64,000 nucleotides of DNA from Lama guanicoe (Eukaryota), in NCBI GenBank assembly GCA_013239625.1, contig MU053557.1, positions 255,063-319,062 on the forward strand, read 5' to 3'. The notes beneath the pieces are model-generated. The model had not been told where the DNA came from. It saw only the letters and a list, made by a program, of their open reading frames with translations, and made no database searches. Position numbers and translations under genes: made by a program. This document shows positions 37,476 to 50,600 of the stretch, one piece after another; the first letter of the stretch is position 1, and every line of letters starts with the position of its first letter.

Positions 37476-37851
37476 AAAAACGTATTTTCAGTAAACATTT
37501 AATAGATGAGGCAACCAACCAACTTACTAAAAAAGTAGTCGAGTGATGATACTATTTCAAGATGTTCATATTTTCTCAGACTTGAATGACAAAACTGTCC
37601 AAAAGGAAAGATTATGTTCTTTGTCAGCAGATGGTTATTTAGAGACTGGCACCTCTAATGCCACATCCCTTGTAATCCCTCCACAACCACTCGCCAAAGC
37701 TCTCATCCCTGGCTGGTCATAGGTACCACCTGCCCATGTATGCATCTCCAGGTTTCATCTTGCTCTGGCTCTTCATTAGACACAGAGCCCTCACCTGTGG
37801 GCTCCACAGCCACCCACCAGGGCTTCCGCTGTGAGCCCTTTCAGCTATGAA

Positions 37852-38021
37852 CACTTACTGCACAAAGTGTGCATGGTCTATGGACTAGCAGCATTGGCAT
37901 TACCTGGGAGCTTGCTAAAAATGTACAATTTCCAGCCCCAAGCAGACCTACCCAATCAGAATCCACATTTAAGATGATTCCTGGGTGATTTACATGCACA
38001 CTAATGTGTCAGAGGAACCAC
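37852..38021. mobile_element. MER5A1-like DNA transposon
   Basis: GGACTAGCAGCATTGGCATTACCTGGGAGCTTGCTAAAAATG...CAGACCTACCCAATCAGAATC...GGTGATTTACATGCACACTAA. Confidence 0.85.
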
Positions 38022-38773
38022 AAGGCATAACTCACTTAAGAAGGCAAGATCTATCCTCAAGGAACACAGGACCCATGGTAGGATCCAGATGTGGGCACAG
38101 CAGAAGGTGGATAATCCCTCCCATAGCCCATTTGAAAGCTATGCTCATTACAGATCGTGCTCCACACTTGGCACTGAGGAAGCCCGGGCAGTCCTGGATT
38201 GGTATCTGAGTTCTAATGATGCCCACTGTGCAGCCGGTCTGAGCACTTCCTCCTAAAGATCTCAACAAAAGCAGGAGAATATTTAACACTCAACATTAAT
38301 CCTTTTACAGATCACTTTTTAGCCTCGTGCTAAAACACACTGTCTCTTGCTGCAATAAACAGAAGTAATTGGGACTTGGTTCCCGCAACATCTCTGAATT
38401 CATGTAAAGAGCAGATAGTGAGTTTATAACAACGTAGCCCTTCTCAGGCTCTAACTGCCTTTGTTCTGAAGACAGCAATATCAGTAACAAAACTTCCTCG
38501 TGTTCTTTGAAGCTTCGATCATTTATAAAGAGCTTTTGGATAGTACCGTGGGTTCATACTTAGCGGTGGGCAGGAGAGGCCATTATTACCATGCCAGTTG
38601 GACAGTCAGGAAAGGGGTTCAGGAGCACTACCTGCTGACACAATTGATGCTAAGATGCTGAGCCTGAGCTGGTGTGAACGCTGGTCTGTGATGAGACCCA
38701 CAGCCGCACACAGGTGTGGAGCACTTGGAGCCTGATACGGAGCTGTGGGCTTGACACACACTCTTTCTTTTTA

Positions 38774-39428
38774 TAGGCAGACCTTGTTTTATTCCATTTC
38801 ACTTTATTGTGCTCCACAGAGATTTGTTTGTTTGTTTGTTTGTTTGTTTTTACAAACTGAAGGTTTGTGGCAACCTTGCTTCAAGCATGTCTATTGGTGC
38901 CATTTTTTCAACAGTGTCTGCTCACTTCACGTCTGTCACGTTGGTAACGCTCACGGTCTGTCTCACATTTTCATCACGAGTATATTTGTTACGATGATCT
39001 TTGACGGTACTTCTATGAGCCACTGAAGGCTCAGATGATGGTTAGCATTTTTTAGTAATGAATTGTATATATATTTAATTGAAGTGTAGTCAGTTACAAT
39101 GTGTCAGTTTCTGGTACACAGCATAATGTTTCAGTCATACATGTGCATATACATATTCCTTTTCATTCTTTCTCATTATAGGTGACTACAAGATATTGAA
39201 TGTAGTTCCCTCTGCTATATAGAAGCAACTTGTTGTATTTTAATTAGGTATATACTTTTTAAGACCTAACACTGTCTCATGCTTAATTGACTACAGTACA
39301 GTGTAAACATAACTTTTATATGCACTGGGAAACCAAAAAAAAAAAAAATCATGTGACTGACTTTACTAGGATGTTTGTTTAATTGTGGTGGTCTGGAACC
39401 AAACCAGCAGTATCTTGGAGGAATGAAT
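38774..39428 (+). mobile_element. Internally deleted Tigger1 derivative (TcMar)
   Basis: 5' end AGGCAGACCTTGTTTTATT...TTTTACAAACTGAAGGTTTGTGGCAACC; 3' end CTGAAGGCTCAGATGATGGTTAGCATTTTTTAG...ATATGCACTGGGAAACCAAAA...GTGGTCTGGAACCAAACC. Confidence 0.9.
39075..39235 (-). mobile_element. L1 3' fragment nested in the Tigger1 derivative
   Basis: TTGAAGTGTAGTCAGTTACAATGTGTCAGTTTCTGGTACACAGCATAATGTTTCAGTCATACA is the reverse of the camelid-type L1 3' end. Confidence 0.9.
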
Positions 39429-39884
39429 GGGCTCTCTGTTGGTACTTTTTTGCATTTGAAGAAACAGACCTCTAGCCCATACACAAGGGGCCTGAGATCA
39501 CCCAGGGCAAGTGGCACAGAGTCAGGGCACAGGTGGGCCCAGCTCCAAAGCTCAGGTTTTTGGCTCCTGTGCAATTTGCTTCTCATGCAACATCCAGTCA
39601 AGGGGGCTAGGGACTTCCTCGTGTGCTTTAGAATTTGGGGCAAATTTATGCCAGAAGGCAGAACGTTGCAGACAAGAAGATGCCTTATCAAGATGAAGAA
39701 ACACTGTCCTGTTTCTCATTCCTTCCCCTCTTCTAGTCAAAAGAAAGGTTCTGCTCTTTCCTGCGTTTCTTTTGCAAGTCTCAATCCAAGGCAGAGAGGG
39801 GCAACCCAGAGGGAGTTAAACAAGTGTGATGCCTTGTTGAGGATGAGGCTCAAGCCACCAGCAATGAGGAATGGAGAAAATACT

Positions 39885-40085
39885 AATTATTATTAACAGT
39901 GATATAGATGAAATGCCTTCTCCTCACGTCCTTACCAGGTATCAGACACTGTGCTAAGCCCTTTCCATGTATTAGCTTATTTAAATCCTCTAAGCACACT
40001 ATGAGGCAGGCCTTAATACCCCCACTTCGCAGCTAAGAAAACTGAGGACCGGAGAGGTTGAGACCACTGCTCAAAGTTGCATGAC
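39885..40085 (-). mobile_element. MIR SINE
   Basis: CAGACACTGTGCTAAGCCCTTTCCATGTATTAGCTTATTTAAATCCTC...AAGAAAACTGAGGACCGGAGAGGTT. Confidence 0.8.
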
Positions 40086-40104
40086 TGCCTTACGGTGAAC
40101 ACAG

Positions 40105-41003
40105 ATGTGTGTGATGAAGATATGGGGCCCCCTATTCAAAAAGCAAGAAAAAGTGCTATTAGTAAGGTACTAGAAGATAAAACTGTTCCCTTTCTTCTGT
40201 GCTCCCTCTCAACAAGACATGGTATTTTTTAATTGCCATTTAATGATTCACCTGAAGTTTACTGTTCATCTGCTAAGTTGCACAATGACAGGTTTTAAAG
40301 AGCATTTAACTCGTCTGCGAAATCACTGAAATTAATTACACAACTCGTCTTTGTAGTATGTGCATGTATGTGTGTACATGAAGACTCCTTTCTAACCTGA
40401 GGGGTGGAATTGATGCACAAAACGGATTCCACTGTTTTAAATTTCACTTCTTGATATGTAAACAGTCGACTGCCTTTCTCTGCTTTTGAATTACTGGCGC
40501 GTATCTGAAAAGATAAGGAACCGGGGGTGCCCTCTCTCTTCCCTTCTCTGAGGGTGAACAGCTGGCTAATTCACAAACAAGAGATGATACGATAGTGTTT
40601 CTTGGTGGGATGTGTTTCTTAGAATGCCACTGCCTTTCTTCTGGGTTCCACGAAAGCTCTGGTGCAAATAGAAAGTGTGCCCTCTCTGAGATGTCAGTGC
40701 CCCCTTCATCTCCACATCTTTGCCCGGTTTATTCAGTTGTAGACATACCGTGCTTACCCTGCAGTGGCTTTGCGTCTCACTGAGCTCTCGCTCATGTGGG
40801 TCTGGGGGAATCCTACGTCCACGGGGCACCGTGAATGCCATCTGTGGATGGGGAATCTGCCCATGCAATGTCCCATTGTCCTAGTGTCCCACTGGACTTT
40901 ACTTACAAAAAAAAGGTAAGAATTTCAAGATAATGATAGCATAAAACCAAGTATGAGGCCCTTCTTAACGTGAGGACCCTGTGTCTAGGCGACGGTACCG
41001 GCC
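40105..41003 (-). mobile_element. MER45B-like hAT-Tip100 non-autonomous element
   Basis: One end ATATGGGGCCCCCTATTCAAAA and other end AAGAATTTCAAGAT...AAACCAAGTATGAGGCCCTTCTTAACGTGAGGACCCTGTG resemble the reverse MER45 termini; ~0.9 kb span. Confidence 0.75.
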
Positions 41004-41018
41004 TGGGGACCACACCTT

Positions 41019-41082
41019 GATAAGAGTTGCCTTGTATACTGAGATGCTCCTATGTTGGGTGCACATATATTTACCATTGTTA
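41019..41082 (-). mobile_element. 64-bp internal L1 ORF2 endonuclease fragment flanked by 13-bp direct repeats
   Basis: Minus strand translates TMVNICAPNIGASQYTRQLL (L1 EN motif TIVNIYAPNIGAPQYIRQ); GGGACCACACCTT at 41006-41018 and 41083-41095. Confidence 0.88.
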
Positions 41083-42351
41083 GGGACCACACCTTAGAAC
41101 CACTGGTTCAGAAATTTCTATGACTTTCTCATTCACTTTGAATGTATGCACTCAAGATCAGACAGGTTTTTGCTGCTTTTTCCAACAACAAAGGCTTCTC
41201 AAGATTTTCCAAAAAGAATCAGATTGCTTCCCAAACAAACGACTCCGACAAAATAACATCTTAATGAGCTAAAGGGCAAGAAAATAAGAAACATCCAAAT
41301 TGAATTTGTTAAAAAATACATACGGTTTTCCAAAAGTAAAGGCTTGTGGCAAAATTTAAATCATACTTTGAGTGAACTCCAAAGTCGGGGAAAACACTGC
41401 AAGATACTCAGCTGGACTCGGGCTGCCCAAAGCACATTCCCTTTTGCTCGAGTTTCGCCCTGGCAGGTTAGCTCCTGACCTAAGCTTATTCCACTAAAGG
41501 GGATAGGATTTCAACAGCACAGAAGAGAGGCTATTTCCAGAGTTAAAATTCTTCTTATTTCTCATTAATTTTCACTTACCTTTTTAGGTCCATCTAATTA
41601 GCTCAAGTTATTTCTGTCCTCTTAGCAAGGAAGAACTTCCCTCTTCCTCACCCCACATTTATTTTTTTTTTCTTCTCTGGTATGATGCAAGGATAAAATC
41701 TGCAAACTCCAAAGCAAATTCCCTCAGTTCTGAAGCTTCCCTCTCTCACCTTGACAAATGTGAATATTTATCGCAGATGTACGGAATCAGATTCCGTTGG
41801 GGAATGAGCTCACAGGTGAAGCAGGCTTTGCAGAGCAGCAAAGAACCAGCACCGTTGTGACCACGTGGATACCTGGGTACTCGCACAGCTTCCTGCCCCT
41901 GTCATTTGGTCCAGCTAAGGACTGGAGGGAGCTATTTAAGGGTTTTCACTTGTTTTAAGCTTATGGGGGTGAACCATTAGCAAATTTATGCTGGACCAAG
42001 TGGATTCCTCTTCTCGGAAAATTGTTTCCCCTCCTCTTTTCCGTCCTTTTCGCTTTTCTTTGAATTTGCTAGCATGCTGCTTTAATCTGGTTTCCTACAC
42101 AGTCCTTTCAGTTCATAGGACCCCAGGGAAAGAAGCAGAAGAAGAGGAACATGGTTCCTCAGTCTGTGATCTTGAATGAAGAGCATGAGTGGCATTATGA
42201 TGGGACTTTTACATACCAGCAGTTTGGAGTCGACCAGAACGAGGAGGCACAAGGAGCTTTGGCACTAAATTTGGGTGACCTTGGGTAAGCTGAACCATCG
42301 CTAAGGCTCAGCTTTATAATGAATAAAGTAGGAATATCACCACTTATTCTA

Positions 42352-44396
42352 GAACAAATGTTCCCAAACACCAAATAGGTGTTAAAATGCAGGTGCCAGC
42401 CACCCCCACCTTAGAGTTCGATTAAGTAGTTGGGCCAGAGATATTTACTGTTCATGGAAGAGGCAAGGGCTGTATGCCAAGGCCAAAAGCTGGTGGCAGA
42501 TGTGACATGTGTCACTATTTTGCCAAAGCATTTCAGAGCTGGTGCATGACCATCCCAGCTCCCTTTTTCCTTCAACCCTGCAAGCCACGTGCTCCAGTTT
42601 TAAACTTACAAGATGGAAGCAGCTTGGGTCCCTGCATCATTGCTTGGGGGTGAGGGGGGAGTGCCACAGATTGCCACGAGACCCATGGGAGACTCTGAAT
42701 AAAACATAAACTTTTATATGTGAAGCAACAGCTCTTTGGAGATGGGCTTCCTTCTGCTGCATGACCTAGTTTATGACAACTGCAGAATTGCAAACCGACC
42801 GTGGGGAGCTGCTACAGTAAAGCTCGCAGGGGGTATGGCACTGGCCCAGCAGTCCGGTGACAGGCAGTGAGGAAACTGACCACAAAGATCAGAAATGTGG
42901 AGATTGTTATTCAGTGGCAAAAATATTTGTTACAACTGTCAGCATTGATGACATGGGAGGGAGACCGTGTGAGTATGGAGCTGGCAGGTGCAGGGGAAGA
43001 GGTTTAGAGAAAAGAACATCAGTAGTGTGCGTGGGCCACGGCTAGAGGAAGGAAGGAGGAAGGGAGAGATGCGCCCCAGAAAGAACCGGCAGAAACGAAA
43101 GGCAGCAGATCCCAGATATGTGATGCCTGGAAGGACTGGAAAACTCACTGCAACTGGACCACAAACTGTGAGAAATCTGATATAGAAAGGCTGCAATAAT
43201 GAATGTCCAAAAAAAACACATGATCCAAATCACTCAGGACAGAGATCAGGTTTAGTGTGTGGCTAGTCGGCTGGAAGGAACCAACAAAGAAATCAGGCCA
43301 TTTGAAAAGGCGTGTCTCAAACATCTTGTGTGTATGGGGCCCCTGGCACACAGGATTGATTTGCGAGCAAATGCACTGGAAGTCTTCTGAATCTACGAGA
43401 AAGTCATATTGGTCTAAATATCAAGACACTTAAAATGACCCTGACCTCTCAAACCCCCTCGATTAGAAAGCCCTCAAGGAGGGCATATGGCGCAATAACC
43501 GTTTTCAGTGGAACAAAGGAAAGTCAGGGAAGATTAAGAACTTCGCAGGGGGTGGAGCCAGGTGCTACAGAAAGGAACAGACAAGGGACTGCCCCCCACT
43601 TCCCAGAGGACAGAAATAGGGCCTCCATATTTGGGTGGGGAGCTGCCATCGCCACTGTCCAGAGAGATTTCAGAGTTGCCACAACCCAGGGACTATGGTG
43701 TCTCCCTGTCTTCCCTTTTCCAAATGGGAGTATCAGTTGCAGTTGCTGTGTCGCTGTTCCATCATTCTCTATTGGGAGTATGAGTAGGGAGTGGCAGATA
43801 ACTTGATTTTTAAATTCATCGTTCTCTAACACAAAAGGACGTCTGGACTAGCTAATGACCACTGGCCATCACCCAGAAATCCTAGGCTTTGAGCTCCATG
43901 CATCCACTGGATGGGACTAGCATTGTCTTTCTTAGGAAGAGATGCACTTATGTTCTCTGTGTAGGAAAAAGAGGCAAAGGATGGAAAGTATCAGAGATAT
44001 TTATTGTCCACTCTATGTCCTTGTGTCTCCTTGCATTTCCCAGCAACTTGCAGGAGGCTGGATCCTTGCACTGGTCATGGCAGTGGGCCACCAGGCCAGA
44101 GTGTAGTAGCATGGTGTGAATTCTCCAGGCCCCTTTGTTGAGATAATGGAACCAGAAAACATGAGCAGACTGGATCCTGCTTGGAAAGGAGTATTGTGGA
44201 GAACCACCAAACCTGCAGCAAACTTCAAGTGAGGGGGAGATAAACCCTGGTTCTGTCAAGCCACTGAGATTTTGAGATTTTTGTCAAGTCTCTATCCTCA
44301 CCAATATGGTAGGTTTGGGATAGGGTCCTTTTTAAGAAGCACCCTAGACGATTTTAACACAGATGGTTTGCAGACTCTACCTTAAGAAACACTGGC
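42352..44396. mobile_element. MER5-family element split by the MaLR (halves ~42352-42430 and ~44309-44396)
   Basis: TGTTCCCAAAC...GTTAAAATGCAG...CCACCTTAGAGTTCGATTAAGTAG continues as GTAGGTTTGGGATAGGG...TTTTTAAGAAGCACCCTAGACGATT...TTAAGAAACACTG. Confidence 0.65.
42431..44308 (+). mobile_element. MLT1-type MaLR provirus: 5'LTR (~42431-42784), internal region, 3'LTR (~43986-44308)
   Basis: Both LTRs carry CAGAGATATTTA near their start (42436, 43992); MLT1-int-like GATTTCAGAGTTGCC...TTCCAAATGGGAGT...GGCAGATAACTTG; purine tract before 3'LTR; flanks GTAGT/GTAGG. Confidence 0.8.
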
Positions 44397-47309
44397 TTTG
44401 AGGACTGCCATTAGCTAAGCTGTCTAAAAGGGCCTTAGAAGGGAGGGAAAACAATAAAATTTATTTTAATCATGGCTTCTGATAAACAAGGATATACATT
44501 CTTAGAATACTCACAGTATTTGCTGCTTTAACGCAGGATGATTGTAGCTTAAGTGGAAATTGGATCAACTGTTTATGCCCCTGGTGTAAACAACAGACCC
44601 GTCAGGAGAGCCAGACAAGAACACAGCAAGTGCCGGGGCCGTCACACGCCACACCCCCGCTGGCCGTGTTCCGGGGGGGGCGGAGCCTCGGCTGCCCTCC
44701 AGACTGGAGAGGCCCAGAGAGACCCCATCTCTCGGCTGCATCCCAGCCAGAGTCACCCTCTGAGAGAGGCCAGCCCTCTCTGTGAGCAGGAAGGGTTACT
44801 CTTATTCCTTATCCCCTAAAACTCGCTCTTGACAGTTTGGAACCCACCTGTACTCTGAAATGGGCGAAACTGAGCCTCATCCAAGAACGCTTCGAAGACT
44901 GGTGTCAGCTGCTTCCGATGGATCGCTGTCCTTACTTCTGGGTCAACTCCATCCGTAGTTAAATATCGTTCTTTTAGTGTCTCTTATCTTAAGCATAGCA
45001 GCTGAAAACTGAAGTTTGATTACCTGTACTCCTGTATACTCGCTGAGAAGTGTTTGATGAGCTCTTTCTCTGTCTCTACCCTCTCCCCCCCACCCCCGTT
45101 ACTCGTCCGTAAGAGGAAGATAACAGCGCCTGCACTAGAGGGTCACCGGAGGGTTGCCCGAGCCGGTGCGTGTCAGCATATGCATGGCGCATGTTAAGTG
45201 GCTAATTAACTTTGGTTGTTAGCATCAGGTTGTACTGGTCACAATCTAATCTTGCATTTAAGCCTTTTTCTGGCATGCCCAAAGCGTTGGAGACTAGTAG
45301 GTGCTCAATTTGACATCACTGCCAGGCCTCCTGCCTCTCTGGGATAGGAAGGAAGGCTTTCCCAAACACTTTAAATCACCCCATAACCACGTTCATTCAA
45401 ATGGTTACTTGAATTGAACAACTCTTTGTCTTTTTTTTTTTTTAAGTTCAAGTAAACTTTGACACTGAGTTTGTCGGTAGTTGTAGGCTGACAAGTTAGA
45501 AGAGCCTTTTTGTTATGTGGGGAAAAAAATTGGACCTTTCAAAAGTTCATTCTTCCCATCAGAATTATTGAGAAGCTAGCTTGAAAAACAGCCGGCTTAC
45601 TCTGGGTTTTGGAGATGTGAGGCAGAGGAAAAAACTCCATCTTGGCTTTACATAAAGGGTGTGCATTTCTCAATTCAACCTGCATTTTGTGTTTAAATGA
45701 ACGGCTTTTCAGTGAAGAAGAGGACCTTCCATGTAGGTTACATTAACCATCTACCCGGGCTGAGATCTTTTTCATTAACACTGTTCACAATTTGACAGGG
45801 TGCCCGCTCTTTCATGAATGATTTCTACCTGTTAGAAACATTTTAATTGTATTGAGCTTAAATATGCCTCCTTATAACTTCCACCCATTTGTTGAGTCCT
45901 CCATCTGTCTCAGCTCCAGATCCATATTCATGAAGTTAGACTCTGTCCTTACTAAGCGAAAGGGCAGTCGTGAAGAACCACTGCCTTCAAGAGTGGCTAG
46001 CTGAGCCCTTTCCAAACTGTGTTCTGATTATTCCAACGGTCTAGCAGCCAAGACAGAATTTCATAACAGCTCATCTTGGATTCATGCATTAAAGAAACTC
46101 TGCTTAAAATTCCTCCTTTCCCCTACCCTCTTCCTTGCTCAGTGCCACTGCTTCAGTACCTTTCTCTTCCAAAAAGACAGGAAGATAGACAGATGATCTC
46201 TTCCTGGGGATGCTCGAGGGAGTAAATCAACCAACAAGCGAAGTAAAAGTTTATTTAAAATGGTGCCCACAATCAAATTAGAATTTACGACGTGATCCTA
46301 TTTATGCAAGAGTGCCAAAATTACTGAAAGGGTGGTTCATAAAAAAGAAAAAATGAAACACAAAGAAAACCACTCATTCCTCAACCCTAACCTGAGCATC
46401 ATGTCACCTGTTTTGCTTGCCTTTCTTCCAGTTCTGAAAATAAGAGCCCTGAAAGTCAGAGAGGGAAGCTCTTCTGAGTTTATCAAGGGTAGAGAGAAAT
46501 TGAGTGGGCAGAACAAGACGCCTTCGAGGGGGCAGGGGAAGGGTGGGAACACATCCTACTTTTTGTCCATCACGTTAGTGACAGCGCTTAAGGAGGGGAC
46601 CATAATCACACTGATGGGACCACAGCCCTAGGGAGTTTGTGGCAGACATCCGATCTTGTGTCTCACTTGAACACTTGGAGGCACAGTTCATTCGTACATT
46701 CATTTAACCAAACATTTTTGAATGCCTTTTATACATAAGGCGCCACCTCTATAAGTTAATAGTAGTCACCAATTAGGTGGCAGTTCTTCAGATGATTAAT
46801 GACATCTTTATCCCCACTGTAATGATGAGCATGTAATCCTACAGGTGTTTGATACCATATTAGACATTCTAAGTTTCAAGTATCTATCTATCCATCCATC
46901 CATGCATTCACCTTGATTGGGAGCCCCAAGTAGGAGGCAATCCAAGAGAAGAAACTTAAGAAAGAGAAGTTGGGCCCTGGAGAGTGGTAGATGGTTCTGT
47001 CATTTCAACAAGAAAGAATTAAAAGTGCTCTAAGAATTCTGTTAAGCCTGTCTAACATGTAATACACACCTGCAGCTAAACTCTCTGAACCCGCATCAAA
47101 TGTCCAACTTGTTGGACAATCACTCTGTTGGAAAATTTTATTTTCTTCCTACTCGGCACCTTGCACAAGGTCAAACACATAGTATACGCTTAATTCTACC
47201 GAACTGAAGAGCTGTAGGTGGCTTTGGAGACCCACACAGATCAACCTCTGAATTTTTGTACATGAGCAATCAGGAACCTGCCTGGACTGATACAATAGCT
47301 TCCTACCAA

Positions 47310-47670
47310 TTGTTAAGCCTCTCGTTCCACCAAACTCTACCTTAACCATTTTACCCCTTTCCGCCTGGCAACGGCTGCTCACCTGTCAGGTTTCAGCTCA
47401 GTGGCCTCCCTTGACCCAACTTCCACCCAACCTCCAAACAAAATGAATCCTCCCTCCTAATTCTCAAAGTGTTTCCTGATCTTCTTATATGGCATTTTCT
47501 ACTATTTATAATTAAATTTCAATTTTTTGACTAATTTTAAATCATCAATCTCCTAACCAAGCCGTAAGTGCCACCATACCAAGAACTAGTCATTAATTCA
47601 CCACTATCTCCCCAGCGCCTAGCATAGTTCTGGCACATAGGAGCCTGATGAGTATTTGTTGAACTAACAG
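47310..47670 (+). mobile_element. L2 LINE 3' fragment
   Basis: TATCTCCCCAGCGCCTAGCATAGTTCTGGCACATAGGAGCCTGATGAGTATTTGTTGAACTAA. Confidence 0.8.
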
Positions 47671-50600
47671 ATGGTCGGAAAGCATGCAACAGAGCTCTCT
47701 TTTTAAGACACAAATCTGATCACATCTTTCTTCTGCCTGAATTCCTTCTTCATTTCCCCAGAATTTAATAGTGAAGAAAATATGTCCCAGGATTACTGAG
47801 ATGAGCCATCACAATTTAAGTGGCTTTTCCCTAAGATGCTCAGGGGCTTCCAGACTTCCTTGCCTTTCAATAGCCTGTGTCTGCCAAGGAATGCTCTGCC
47901 TGTAGTTCCTGACCGAGCAGCCAAGCACACACTCATCCTTCACCTTACTGGGGAGGTCCAGGCTCTCAAAGTGAGGGCTGGTTGGCTGGTTCTTCATGCT
48001 CCTTTGCCTGTTCCTCTATGGGAACAGAAGGGTGACATGGAAAAGGCACACTTTCTTTCCCCAAACCTGTCCCTGAATTCCCTCTACCGCCCCTGAGGCT
48101 GGAGTGAATGACAGAGAAACAGAGGCAACGAGCATCCAGTAGTCCTTCCAGCCCCAGCCATCATATCTCCCAGATCTCGGCCTCCTGTTGTTTTCCTGGG
48201 CTGTCTCCTCATCTCCCTCTGTCTTTTCCAGGGTCCTCTCTGTTCAATTTCAGTCCTATTTGGTTAGGTGTGATGATTTGGCTCTTCTTTTGTTTCTTTG
48301 GAAATATGACCCCGAGGAAGGGGGCAGGGCTTCACAGATCTCGCCTCAAGAGTTTCAGCAAGGTATTATCCAGAATAAAAAAAGCTCTCTCTTCTGGGGT
48401 AGATTCTGCCATTCTCTTAGCATGTGAAAAGAGGGCAGTCAAGCTTCTGGCTGTGAAATGCAACTTTGCCTTCCTCCTCTAGATGACTTACAACCTCAGC
48501 AAAAACAAGGACCTTTTATGAAGCCACTTCACGTTGACATCTCAGATTCTCAGCAGGTTTTGTAAGAGCAGCAGCCCATGTATCTGTGGGGGCCGTTCTT
48601 GAAGTTGATGCTATGAACTCCGTGAAGCTCTATGAAGAGAGACATCATTAGGAAGGAGGTGTCTTTAGAAATGGCTCTGCAGGGTTTAAACTCCAATCCC
48701 TCGTTCAGACCACTTGCTCTTTAAGAGTTCAGGAAAGACAATCATTTTTATGACTCCTGTCCTGAACAATATAGAAAGAAAACAAGCCCCACTGATTTAA
48801 GACACAGCAGCCGGTGATCTCCAGTTCCACCTCCCTTGTGTGGTCTCCTCTGTGTTTGGAGAGGCCAGACGCTCAGACAATCAACTTTCGCCCTTTGAGA
48901 ACAGAGCTGCCCGTTTCTCCAGCTGTTTATAAACAAAACTGAAACACAGGACTGGAGATTTTGGAGATTTCTTTCCTCCTGACCTACGCCCTCCCCAAAT
49001 CCCCAAAGCAGAATACTGGACTATGGCCTCTTTTTATTATCTCCATCCTTTCTTTTAAGACAAGAGGATATGAAGAAGGAAGAAAGACAACGGGCAGAGA
49101 AAAGAAGCATAGGTAGATATAACATGGATACATCCTATTAAACAAACAAAAAACCCCCAAGTTTTAATGAACTCAATTTCATTTAAATCTGCTGCTTTTT
49201 TTTATTGAAACAAAATCATTCAGAAAATATGATGTAATAACATTTAGTGCAACTCCTGAGCACACTGAAAGCATTTAGAAAGACAGATTAGCAATAGATG
49301 ATACCATCTACTGTTTACGTAACACTCTGCATATTTAAACAAATTTTTTTTTCAGGACCAATAAGACTGAATCTCACATCGTTTGTGAAAAGAAAACAGG
49401 AAGGGTATTTTTATCCCAATTTATAGATAAAGAAATAGTTTCAGAGCCCAGAATCACATGATAAATTAAATCAAAAAAAATCCTTTCTGCAGCAACTGGG
49501 GTTATGAAAAAAAAAATGGTCAACAGATTCTAGAGGACTGTAGTTTTTTTTAAACTAGTCTCTCTTAAATTCAATCGAGAAAATAAGTGAGGGTAAAGCA
49601 AGTTGGTGGAAGAAGAGAAAAAGGACATTTCTTTTCCCCTTGAAGCGAATTAAATTGAACTGTAGTTATCAGAATCTGAATATGCAAAATCTGTACCAAT
49701 CTGAATTTGTAAGACAAGCAGTGAAACACCTTTTCTTCCCCCTACTTTTAGCTTAAAATACCAATTATGACCTGCATAAACCAAGAAATATTTATGTTGT
49801 CCTTGCACACATACTTTTGCAAATATTATCACACAGAATCTCACTTTTTTTGTGGATGACAAGTCAGCTTTCATGAAGAGTCTTCAGGACAGACAAAACA
49901 AACAAACAAACAAACTTACAGGATCAAGAGGGGCCCAGATCACAACAGACCCTTATTGGCTGGGCATGGGCAGGGTGGCGGGGAGACAGACTTGGCTAGG
50001 AAGACAAAGTGTCTTGAATGGTATTTGGTCAGTCATGATTAGCTAGCCGGTACGAGTCATCACTTGGTCACAGGTAGACAAGTGGCATGTCCCTTTCAAC
50101 ATTCTGTATATGACCCAGAGATCTATGAGAAATCAATTCTTCAAACTTCTGGGATGAAAGAAAGTGAACAGCAACAATAGTTATGTCTGCATGATTCACA
50201 CACACATTCTCCCCAGCCCTCACCAAAGTAAGTTTTTTCATTTCTTCCCTCAACATGATGAACTCTATCTGAAATCCAACCAACTGCAAGCCTCAGGTAC
50301 GAAGTCACCATCCTGACTAGAGCCGAGCCCTCTCCGCACCTACACATCACGACAGGTGAAGTCTACTGTGGGTCTCCGCTCACGGAGTCCCGATTTAGAC
50401 CACGGGTAACTGGAGCCAAAGCAGGTTTAACAGCGGGGCCCTGGGCTCTGGAATCTCTGGTCTGACTTGGTCCATCAAAGGTCCACTTGCCAATCTTCCG
50501 GGCTTGGTGCCAACCTTGTATTTTTAGATTAATCAAGTGGCAATCTGGGCCTGGAGTTTTAAAAGTGTGATTTTTTTTTCTTAAAAGATTGTTTTATTCA

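Noticed and set aside
39375..39896. Longest ORF in the track (173 aa)
   Set aside because: Starts inside the Tigger end, has no recognisable domain or exon structure, and fits chance
50350..50520. Minus-strand open stretch WHQARKIGKWTFDGPSQ...
   Set aside because: Acceptor lacks a pyrimidine tract and the peptide is unrecognised
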